A stretch of DNA of 61,793 nt, the filler included, from Choristocarpus tenellus KU-1152 (lineage: Eukaryota > Protista > Phaeophyceae): the NCBI GenBank assembly GCA_964200185.2. It is 10 parts of 10 records of this genome, joined end to end, with 100 filler letters (N's around TTAATTAATTAA, not from the genome) between each part and the next. Parts side by side here need not be neighbours in the genome. Positions count along the whole stretch, not along the records: positions 1 to 3,917 come from CAXNAD020017162.1; positions 4,018 to 10,496 come from CAXNAD020008053.1; positions 10,597 to 14,777 come from CAXNAD020015818.1; 7 more parts are not named here. One strand, given 5' to 3'. How positions within the stretch are numbered: the first letter of the stretch is position 1; every line of letters starts with the position of its first letter. The notes under the pieces were generated by a model. That model ran no database searches. It saw nothing but the letters and a program-made list of their open reading frames with translations, and had not been told where the DNA came from. Below, piece by piece: positions 1 to 10,667 of the stretch. Both the position numbers and the translations under genes were made by a program.

Positions 1-131
1 TGTTTTTATTATTATTTTGTTGTTTTGGTGGAAAATATGGGATGTGCAACCCCCGTTACGGGGGGGGGGGGGGGGGGGGTAGGTAGACCTTTCACTCACC
101 CCTGATCATAAACAACTCATCACTCAATGTA

Positions 132-342
132 CGTTACTTTCTACAACATTCCTTGTCTAGAATTCATATTATGATACTGCAACAACCTGGATATTGTTCT
201 CTTGGTCACTCAACCGAAAGTCAATGATCAACTATCCTGTTATCCAACCATTTACCTAACAGTTCTCGAACGACTCTCAACCTATCCAACAACTGATTGT
301 TTCCTTAATAAACATGTTCCCACATGAATTTAAAGCATAATA
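132..342 (-). mobile_element. Decayed solo LTR of the copia family whose 3' LTR is at 46669-46861
   Basis: Colinear similarity to 46669-46861 (gttact.ctacaacattcc...atcaa.tatcc.gttatccaac...aact.attgtttc...ga.t.aaagcata). The right end is obscured by (CT)n. Confidence 0.6.
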
Positions 343-360
343 TCTCTCTCTCTCTCTCGA

Positions 361-453
361 CTAAAACCAACATCAATTTACAGGAACAAGAACTTGCCTT
401 ATGTTAAACTAAAACCAACATCACTTTACAGGAACAAGAACTTGCCTTATGTT
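361..453. repeat. Two-copy tandem repeat, 48-bp period
   Basis: ctaaaaccaacatca(a/c)tttacaggaacaagaacttgccttatgtt at 361 and 409. Confidence 0.9.
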
Positions 454-691
454 CTACAACTCCCATTCCAGCTTGTCAGCGTCATGCTATTCTGGGGGAT
501 GAGGAAGTGCAAACTATGAAATGTCTCTTGTGTGTGTCACTTTTCCCAACAATCTTGGCACGTTCACTGATGGTGCTGCTTCACTCCGCAGACAGACAAG
601 AGATCCAACGCTACCCCTCTCCCCCCACTAAGTTTAAAAATGACTCCTCCAATCATCACGCAGACGTCATCACGACTGAAAGCAACTTCAG

Positions 692-913
692 TCAACTGTA
701 TTGGGCAAGGCAGCTGTGGCTCTTCAGTTGGTCTCGACAAAGTGATCCACTGGGAGGAGTAAAATTTGATGAGGAGTAAAATGCATACACACTTTTCCAG
801 GCTCACTGCAACACGGATCACACTGTACCCTTACCCCAACACACCAACCAAACCATGGAATAGGAACAAGAATACCAAACCGCCTCATCACCCAACCATG
901 AGTAATCTACATC

Positions 914-990
<77 letters not shown>

Positions 991-3917
991 TANNNCCCCC
1001 CCACCCCTTAAATTGGAACCATAATACCAACCCCCCCCCTCCCCCCTCCTTTTTTTTTTTTTTTTTCCCCCCCCCCCCCCCCCCACCTATCCTCCCCTGC
1101 CCCTCTGTACTCACCTTCCTGACAAGCGCACCTCGCCAATTGCATCATCCAACCCACAGACCATTCTTCCAGCTGGGACCAATGCACAAACCCCCTGAGC
1201 CGGCCATACAAGCCTCAGAAGCACCACCAGAGTAAACACCGCAACCACCAGCCCTCCCACCACCCCCTGTACAGCCCCCAGTCTGGTTTCATAGGAGTAA
1301 CCCCCCCCAAATCCCGCCTTCCATCTCCTACACAAGTCCAACCGCTCCACCCCTAACACCGAGCCAAGGCAGCTGTCAGCAGAAGTCACATCAATCCCCA
1401 CCTGATCCTCAACAACAGGTGTCCTTACATCACCAGAGCCATCTGGGGCCCCGGCACGCTCACACGCTCCCTCACCCCCAGCATCTGCCACATTTGCAAC
1501 TGCTGCAGGACACACGGAAGCAGCTTCAGTGGTATGAGACCACAGCAACCTCCCCTCTGACATAATGCATGACTTCCATGCCGAAAACCCATAAACTTTA
1601 GTTGTCCCCTTCATATGAGAGAAGCTCCAAGGCATAAGACCACAAACCTTTAAACATGCAGCAGCAGAATCCACCCCACTTTGGACCAATCCTACGCCTG
1701 ATTCTACACCCAGCCCCGTAGCGATCCAGAGTGCAAGTGTGACTAGCAAGAAGAACGGCCAGGGCATATGGAACAGCCACGAGAGGAACCGATGCGGCCA
1801 AGGGTGCCAGGGAGCGTTCCGGGTCAGGACCCATCCATGCTTTGGATCCCGACTGGTAAGGTCATGTTCAGTTTGGAAGAAAGGTTGAGATGATGAAGAG
1901 CATCGTATAGAGGAGGAGTAGCAGTCAAGGTACGTGCCTTGCACAAACTGGACCCTAGCAAAAAATATGGTTTTCTGCATGGGAGGCGTATGAGATAAGG
2001 CCAATGATAGACCCGCACCAGTGGGCTTCTCTTCAATGTGTAACCAATACACCAGTCAGATCTGTACCAATTCAAGCAGTAAGTGGAGTTGATGGGTGAT
2101 ACCAGAGATGGTGCTTGCTGCACATCGGACTCAGGATAATAAGAACCAAGTTGTACGAAAAAGAGACAAGTATCTCACACCAACCCACAGAAAAAATCCC
2201 ACGTGAAATTTCTGTAGTAGAACAAAGCGCCCTCCCCTGCCCCCTTCCCTGGGCTCAAATAAACCACTAATAAACCTCTCCCCTGGCCTGATACACAAAA
2301 CATTCTCCACATAACACACAGCAACAGCAATCGCAAAACGCAACTCCTGTACCTGTAATGACTGTGTCCAGTTGGAGGCACATCACCAGTCCTCGACGTA
2401 ACCCCCACCCCCTTTCCATTGGGACAAGCTGCATCTGACCTTGCTCTTCTCAGGGACTCCAGAACCTGTGCAGTACACAACCAGAAGTGTGTATGATTGT
2501 GTCTCTGTGTGTGTGTCTGTGTGCATGCACGTTGAGTAAGTAGTTTAGGATCAAAGTACAATGACGAAGATCCGACCACTCTCGTTTTGCAAACAAGAGT
2601 GACCGGTTCCGGTGGGGGTAATGGCTGAGTGCGCAACTACCATCGCAGAAACCAAAGCCAGGATGAGCATATGAGGGGGTGAAATCCTGGGCACGATCTC
2701 AAAACAAATTGTAACACTTAACCAAACACAGAAATAAACACAAGCAAATACTCATTTGGGGTATCTGGAATGGTAGAACTTGGCACTGCAAATATCTCCA
2801 AATGTTGTCATTTGGTTGAAGCAGTGTCTCTGTTGACGTATCTATTGCAAAGGGCAAGAGAAACAAGCAATAAAATTGGAGCCAATACATTGCTGTGCAA
2901 AGAGGTCTAGTTTGGCATTTACATTCCAAGCACTGCATATATGTATGTGCACCCTACTATCATTTCAAGCCTTGAAAAATGGAAATTCATTTTTTGATAT
3001 GCATCCATAAACACTCAACTCGCTGTTGATGATATCTAAACATGCTACAGGCCGTGGCATAAGGTCAAAGATACGTGTGTAATCCACGATAAGCGGCAAT
3101 ACAACAGAAAGGCATTCCTTTTCGGAATGCAGGACAGCACGCTACGAAGATCCTAGTCTTTGTCAAGCCCTTGACTGCTACAGATCGACTGCAAGCATTT
3201 TACAGCTTTGCTCGCGTAAGAGGGCAAAGAGATCTTGATTGCATTGTCAACCCACACATTACAGGATACAAAAGAGTACAAATACATTGAGGATTTGTTG
3301 TTATTGTCTGTTCTACATCCCCCCACCATCCATGGTGCTTCGAAGCACAAATTTCGAAAGTTTTCGATCAGAACATTACTTTCCATTTAGTCATCAAACT
3401 GTCAATTATTTCGCTAATCACAGGTCAAGGGAAAAACGGGTACTGCCCACTCACCCTATCAGGATTTATCTCCCCGTGTTCATGGGAAACTTTGTGTGTA
3501 GTCTTTGGTGGCAATGGCAACCCCCGTACAGGAGTTTCTTGCAATCCAGACTCCTGAACGGACCCAGATCCGAAAAAAGGCCCGGACTCATGACGGGGCG
3601 GCTCATGGGGGCTGCTGTCGCGGGATCTTATGAGCAAGGAGCGTCCAACGAGCTTCGCTGCGGAGCGAAACCTAAGTAGCAGAGAGTGTGCAGGTTAGGG
3701 AGGCAGGTATGATAAAGTGTCTGACCCAGAGAACTAAGTTGGCCATCATTGGGCATGTTACTTACAGAGTGGTCTCAAGAAGACACCAGTCGCAGAACTC
3801 ATCTTGCATCTCTCTCACACTTAATTCTATAGTTGGAATATTGTAGCCTCTCGGGCCCCAGTCCAGGCCCTTTGCCCTAGGCATCCTGGCCGCTGTACGG
3901 TAGAGTCCGAGAGACAG
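692..3917 (-). CDS. Uncharacterised protein with two predicted transmembrane segments, 5'-truncated at the contig end
   Basis: GT-AG exons with matching phases: <3917-3766, 3671-3455, 2465-2353, 1852-1115, 749-692 (stop). Spliced read: ...LDWGPRGYNIPTIEL...HSHY|SRDPKHGWVLTRNAPWHPWPHRFLSWLFHMPWPFFLLVTLALWIATGLG...VVGGLVVAVFTLVVLLRLVW...CLAQYS*. Extra exons between 2465 and 3455 are not excluded. Confidence 0.6.
915..986. repeat. Intronic poly-C tract (about 72 nt)
   Basis: Homopolymer run. Similar runs occur at about 22147-22197 and 37416-37456. Confidence 0.9.
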
Positions 3918-4017
3918 NNNNNNNNNNNNNNNNNNNNNNNNNNNNNNNNNNNNNNNNNNNNTTAATTAATTAANNNNNNNNNNNNNNNNNNNNNNNNNNN
4001 NNNNNNNNNNNNNNNNN
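3918..4017. other. Artificial contig-joining linker N44-TTAATTAATTAA-N44
   Basis: The 12-mer puts stops in all six frames. Identical 100-nt linkers occur at 10497-10596, 14778-14877, 22214-22313, 24981-25080, 28863-28962, 37489-37588, 44157-44256 and 49256-49355. Confidence 0.97.
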
Positions 4018-5013
4018 ATATGGGCATTATTACTATGATTATGATTTTTTACACAGGCCGTGGTAGTGTGGCCTGGCATGTTACACTCTGCACTTCCTCT
4101 CATTTATTATAACTTGCGAATCAACCTTTAAAGTAAAATGACTAATTATGCTGTTCTTTGCACACTTTGATTTATTCTCACATGTCATGTTCAGACATAC
4201 CTCCACTTACCTCCCTCGAATCTTTTGCATAGTTGCCTGGGTGATGTTGCATGAAACCATCTGATCCATCAAAACCACATTTTACTACGACTCAGACCTT
4301 CCTCAACAAGGCTTCAACAACTCTGGTTTTAGACACCATAACCTGGTATGGTAGTCTTCCACTCAAGTAAGGGGATGATTCTAAATCGAGCATCATGAGG
4401 GTTTGAACCTGCAAAGTTGGTACAGAGAACATTTTATCTTAATCCTATGAGGATGCTCAGTAAGGCAATGGGCAACAAAGTACAATGTATAGGTCATTAT
4501 ACTCTCACGACATTACCCGTACCAAATAGCCAACATTTCTGTTGTGTTCCTCTTGCAAGTATATGTGTTAGTTTCATAGATGTTGCAACTATCAACATTT
4601 CACGAGCACTGCATGACAAACATCTTCAAATTACATTACACGGATTGAAGTTTGAACTATTATTATCCCAGTTCATGACCTGATAAATTGCATGTCTCAC
4701 AGGATGCAATTAAGCGTGGGAGATACTCCTTTCCTGCAATGCAACTGGATTGTCATAGTTGGATGTTGCTGCTACCTCTAGCACAAGGATTAAGCTATGA
4801 GTTATTCAGTGAGGTTGCAATGCACATCACTCCGGAGGTGGTTCTAATGAGCTGCTGGCTGCTACTAGTACTCTTATCCCACTCAAGCATCAAATTGATC
4901 GTAACATACACCAATAGTTCAGTAACAAACTACTTCAAATTACACAATAGGTTGGGCGTAAAGTCTCAAAATCTTCATGTCAAAATAAGACTTCAAGGAT
5001 AAAGATTAATATT

Positions 5014-8000
5014 CTAAACAAATGGGTTTTCCTCCATGGAATCGTCACCAACTCCATCCCTAGATATTGGTTGGCATGCACTCTCTTGAAGTGGAGGCAA
5101 TTGACCATTTTTTTCAGATACAAATGGTACCAGACCTTGCTCCCTCCCTCCTTCCAGCACAGCACCAGGAGATACCAGTCTCCCTGTAGTAATTTCACAT
5201 GTACCTTCACCTGTACTCTCCTTATCACCGCCGCTTGTCCCCAGGTCCCAGGATTCAGTTTCCCAACCAACATGGGATGAGACAATTGACTCCTGGACTG
5301 GGAAAGTTCTTGCACAATCTGTCTCACAAAGTCGCTGTCCAACTTCCCACTCACGACCCCGGAAGGTGTTGCCCCCCAAATTTTCACCCCTATCCTCAAC
5401 CCAACCTGTGCTTAAGCTCTCCATCCTATCCCATTCCTTGTTTTTCATAGTATTCTTCCCATCCCCCCCGAAAAGGCCTGAAGTGGCAGAAAGCTGCTGG
5501 GTAGCACCTGTACCATTTCCAAAAGGGCCAACTGGTGGCGAGAAATGATATCCCCAAGCATAACTCTCCTTGCCCTTGGATACACAGCCACCTTGGGCAT
5601 TTTGCCAGGCATCTGGAGATCTCCATCTAATGGAACCCTGAGCTCTTCCTTGAGGAGGCTGGGACTGGATATAGGCCCCAGGACCAGTGGATCGGGGCAA
5701 ATGTCCTCTTTCTTCCCTGACTGACTCTATTTGCCATGGGGGAATAATGGGCTCAGAGTTGGCAGCCTTAATCCCCTCTGCATAAAGTCCTCCCTTTGCC
5801 TTCAACAGAAAGAAGTAGATGTGGTTGGGGAGAGGGGGGTCAATTGCTCAAAATGTAGGCATCACTCCTGATTTGGGAAATACAACCATGAAGGAAGATG
5901 CTGCCACCCCAAGCAAACTAAAAAGGAGTTCTCAATATGTATAGGGAACGAGACACCATGCTTACCTCACCGATGAAGTGGAGTATGACAGGTCGAGGAA
6001 GTCCTCTAAGGACACGGAGAACCTCAAATGAGGACTTAGAGTGTGTTGACTCTCCATTTACCTTTGAGAGTTTATCTCCAACAACCAGTCCCATTTCATG
6101 AAGTTGTGTATCCTGTTGCACCAAGGAAGCAGAATCAAGGGTAGAAGGAGAGGCATGGCACGGATTGATTGGGCTGGAGAGTGGAAGGGTTGTCAGAAGA
6201 AGAGGTAGCTATGAAGTTAAGAAGGTGAGTCTATTGAGCATGAAGAAATGAATTGCTTAGGATATTGTATGCTTGTCCTATATCATTAACATTTACATGT
6301 TTGCGGAGCAAAACACTAGTGAGAGAAGGTGTAGTTCTCCTATTCTTCCTTTGTGACCTCAAGACAACCCTAAAGAGTTCAAGGAGGCTTTCTGTCTTGG
6401 TCCAGGCAAGGTACACTTAGTCAAGGAGAACACCCATATAGTCATTCTCACAGTACATTGCAGCTTTCTGTTTAAGAGACACATGTCTTCAAGGAGCATC
6501 ACCTACACTCCGCTTCACAGATGTACTCCTCCTATATGCTTCAGAGTGCTAATTGACTATGATATTCCTACAAGTTACCTTTCTGCAGTAGTATTACTGT
6601 AAAGCTTGTCTCATCCAGGATCATACCACAAACAGTAACAAGTGGTCCTATGGAGTTAGTTCTCACTTCAGCGGTTATAGAACTTAGCATCTTAGTGGCA
6701 ACAGGATATAGTGCTGTGCAACTACTTACCTTCCGTTAAAGTACTGTGGGCTACAGAGCAGCCACCGTAGCAACCACAAAAGCATAGGCACAGTTTTTAA
6801 GCGCAAACACTCTTTTACTCCACAACAGGCCGCAAAACCCTTAGGGTCCATTGAGAGCACCCACATCCTACGTAAACATCAACCTGAACTACTTATCTGG
6901 TCATAGTTTTACAAGTCATCTATGTTCCTTTTTAACCTGTATCGACGTCACACCAAGGTTGCTGCGGCAGCCAACACTTGACGTACCCGGAGGTACAGAT
7001 GCTTCCAGTGTCACTCCAAGGGTCTTCTGTGTCCACGCAACTGAAACCTCTCTCAGGCTCCCCACCATCCCCAAAAATGCATTGGTTGAGTCGAGTGCAC
7101 CAACGTGAGGAACCTGCATTCAACCATTTCGCAGGGAGACAAAGAATAGGTCACTTTCTACTAAGGAAGATAGGAAGGTGTTTGGGGTGCGATGTGTTCT
7201 GGCTTGATATTTTTCCCATGTTAGAAGACAGTTGGCAGGGACATCAGGGGGGAGCCTTAGATTAACCTTTTTTCCATTTCTTGCATGCCACAAACTACAA
7301 CATGCAATCCTAGCCTGGGATTGGATATAGTAGTTTACGACTTTCATCCTCAATGCTTAAGCCCCATCCACCGTGAGTGACATATCAAGCAACTGAGGTT
7401 AGCTTCTCACCATCCTAATCCGTACAGGGCATGTTGATGATTGTTGCATGGAGAATATTTTCACCAATACTGAAACGGTTTCATCTACTCATGGTCTCTT
7501 CAGCATCTCCAGTTAGAAAGCAATGGTGTGATTAGACCTCAGTTGTATATTTGGTAACTGCAGAAGACAAGTGTGTTGCCCTCCTCAAAAGTAATTCATT
7601 GTTGTAAATGACAACAGATTGATCATACCTAGAGGCAGTTACCTGCAGTAGAGTATGCATGTACTGTTGCAGTGCATCCCTTCTATCTGCTACAAAGGCC
7701 TCATCCCTATGGTCCACCATCAGCTTCAAGTGCTTGTTTGGAAACTTGGGCAAGGATGATCTCAGGTGGTGCCCTTTCATCATTGCATCCACCTTAGTCA
7801 ATGGAAGTGCATGGGACAGGGGAGCACTTTCAGGAGGGGCGAATCTATGTTGGCAACAACATCAACTTCACCTTTCCAAATTGGTCCACTGGGAGAAAGA
7901 TGGATAAAACCAGAATAAGATATTCTGATGCTAACCTGTTCATGGAGGGCTGCAAAGTCTCTGAAGCGATGATGCACCTGCCAGCAGTGTGATCATGTGG

Positions 8001-9974
8001 CTCACAAAGATCAGGATGGAGATCAGGGGTCATGTGGAGTTGGGTATTACCTACAGCTCATAACCATACCCACTTACCAAACTGGGAGCACAAAGAAGTG
8101 TTATGGATATAGGCACTGCAAGCAAGTTTCTTCAATGTGCTCTCGCGATGGTCCTTTACAGCAATTTCGAATCATAATTCTAAAAATACTGAAATACCAA
8201 CGAACACCCCCTTAGTAGACATTTCTGGGTTGTCACACACACCTGTCTATGTAGCTAATACCACCACCCTGCCAATTGTTGCAAGCATCACACCCCCACA
8301 GGAAATTCGTTCGATCCGCACTCACCACAGTGCTGGCACCATCTACCCGCCTTTTCACCCGCATTTCATACCATGTCACTACTTGTTCCTTTGCCTGGCC
8401 CTCTCCACTATTGATGCCTGCCTTTAGCGGAACATTCACTGAACGTTCAATGGAGACATGGAACTCATGCTTAGGGTTCTGATTGAGGGGAAACCCAAGA
8501 AGGGGAGACAGAGAGCAAAGTTCAGGGCCTTGGATAGAGGAGGTGAAAGGGGCGCCAGAGGATGGGCAGACAGGTCTGTTGCAATATGGGCCAATAGATC
8601 TTGGGTGCAATAAAAAGGGCATTTAGCTTCAACCTATTTTTCACTGCTGTTGCTAGCCACATGCTTTTGTGCACCACATGTGTATGCATTGAAGAGTTTA
8701 CTTAGGATTGATATAGGATACGTCTCATATTGTTAAATCAATGGCAAAATGAGCTCATATGCTGGATCATCTGCAACTAGAGCAAGCATGGAAATACTTC
8801 ACGCACTCGACTATTTAGCCCATGATGAGCAACAGATTCAACCTCAATATCACTAGAAAAAGTTGGTGTGCAATTTTCCGACCAGACTCAGAGAAATAGT
8901 CACTTAATGGATGCCCGTATGTGTTTGCAAATTTGCTGAAAAGTAAAACAAGTGCATTCAATGAAGCAATAGAAAAACTCTCAAGTGTATGATACATATA
9001 GGGCTGCTGCCCACCTGCACAAGGGAAGTCGTCTCAGGCACCAGCTTTCCACCAAGCTCACACTGGTAAGAAAATCCAGCTAGTCCTCTCCTACCAAAAC
9101 AATGAAGGATTCAATTGGTGCCAACATAGTGAGGCGCCACCAACGAACTGATCGAATGACCATGCTTATTTTGTGACAAGTGCAGGGTTACAACCCAATC
9201 TATGGGCATTGGAGATTGGAAATTACATTCAATTCTGCTGTATATGTTTCTTGATGTGATGGAAAACAGCAGGATGGAGGCCAGATAGGACGATGGCTAG
9301 ACGACCGCGTCAAAAGTTGGGGACAATACATGGGCCCCATAAAACGAAACATCGATACCCCTTACCCCATTCAACAACGTACCACTCTGACTGCCTCAAG
9401 CTTGAAAAAATGCACTCGTGGTCTTGATAAAGCACGGCAGAAGTGCACGAGTCTGAAAATAATGACTTACAACAGTTCTTGTCCCCCTACTTTCTCCGTC
9501 CTTTCTCACCTTAACACACGCAATTCCCCGCTTTCCTTCGACTCCTTTATCCAGAATGGAAGGCGATGAGCGCTTCCCAGGTTGAATACATTCGTTGTCC
9601 CGACAGAGCCAGGGATCTCCTAAACAGCAAGAATGTTAGATGGGTTTGTCGGGGGTGGCAAGGAGAGGTCACAATGGCTTCAGCCTTGATTATGAAATAT
9701 AACCAATGAGCTGGATCAATATAGACGATAGGGGGAACTGATCATAAGCACGCATCCTCTCATCGAGCTACACCTGTAACTAAAGGCAGTTGTTTCATCA
9801 ACAAGTGGCATCAAGTCTTGATTTATTGTGCCATACCTCATAATCAAGCATTGCTGCTCGAGCGCCAGACACGGTGTCGTGGAGAAGTGTCAAGATATGA
9901 CGGCGTCCGCGCTTATCGACGAGGTTCCAATTTCTGTTCACCTCCCCATCTAAAATGCTCACCTTCCGAGACAT
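5014..9974 (-). CDS. Sorting-nexin-like protein: FAIM-like domain, PX domain, PDZ domain, low-complexity tail ending in NPF
   Basis: Nine phase-consistent GT-AG exons: 9974-9837, 9619-9510, 9090-9015, 8478-8326, 7977-7936, 7792-7643, 7113-6937, 6112-5966, 5799-5014. PX: VTWYEMRV...HHRFRDFAALHEQV...LPKFPNK...FVADRRDALQQYM. PDZ: LGVTL...GLVVGDKLSKVNG...VLRVLRGLPRPVILHF. FAIM-like: WNL...HILTLLHDTVSGARAAMLD...GFSYQCELGGK. Confidence 0.85.
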
Positions 9975-10074
9975 GGCATATGATGATATAATATAAGATG
10001 GACCAAAAACACGAGAGAGAAAACAGAAAGGTTGTTCCAATGTCGGATAAAAGCATATTGACCACTTTGTCTTC

Positions 10075-10420
10075 TATCATACATACTAATACTACTATTT
10101 TGTTTTGCTCACGATTTCTGGATTATTTTTTTATTCTGTGTTTAGATTCCACCCATTCCCCTCCTCCCCATTCTACCACCAGTTGTGACCAACCAGTGCG
10201 AACCCCTTTCACCATTGATTTCCAGCCAACTCCCAACAACTCTGATGACCAACCAACCAGTGCGACCCCTTCGCCACTGATTTCCAGTCACCCCCCCCTT
10301 GCGATGACGAACCAATGTGAACCCCTTTCACCATTGATTTCCAGTCACCCTCCCCTTCCTTGCGACGATGGACCAGTGCAACCTCTTCGTCACTGATTTC
10401 CAGTCACCCCCCCCCCCCCC
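10075..10420 (+). repeat. Dispersed repeat with an internal ~55-bp tandem array; reverse-complement copy at 44257-44500
   Basis: About four units of ccagtgcgacccctt..cactgatttccagtcacccccc. The flank ttttgttttgctcacgatttctggattatt is matched in reverse at about 44465-44497. Confidence 0.75.
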
Positions 10421-10596
10421 TCCGCACCCCCACCAACCCCAAATCCCGCCGCCCCCCGTATCCCTACCCACACCCCCCACCAAGTCCAACCCCATCNNNN
10501 NNNNNNNNNNNNNNNNNNNNNNNNNNNNNNNNNNNNNNNNTTAATTAATTAANNNNNNNNNNNNNNNNNNNNNNNNNNNNNNNNNNNNNNNNNNNN

Positions 10597-10667
10597 TCTC
10601 TTCATTCTTAAATTGTTTCTTCTACAGAATCTTCTTTTACACATGAATAAAAAGCATATTCTTAACA
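10597..10667 (-). mobile_element. Copia LTR end inserted into the gypsy reverse transcriptase
   Basis: ttttacacatgaataaaaagcatattcttaaca matches the LTR terminus at 46830-46861 and directly abuts the gypsy YLDD codons. Confidence 0.65.

Noticed and set aside
766-1114. Poly-Pro and poly-Gly ORFs (also 22042-22269 and 37269-37475)
   Set aside because: They arise from poly-C homopolymers in introns or at contig ends.
6730-6750. Possible micro-exon (tgtag|CCCACAGTACTTTAACGGAAG|gtaagt) within the PDZ domain
   Set aside because: Direct splicing 6937 to 6112 gives an uninterrupted PDZ; including the micro-exon needs alternative sites and adds a non-PDZ insert.
10180-10420. CRISPR-like array (also considered at 33103-33278 and 32013-32174)
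   Set aside because: Units are contiguous tandem copies without unique spacers, the context is eukaryotic, and no cas genes are present.
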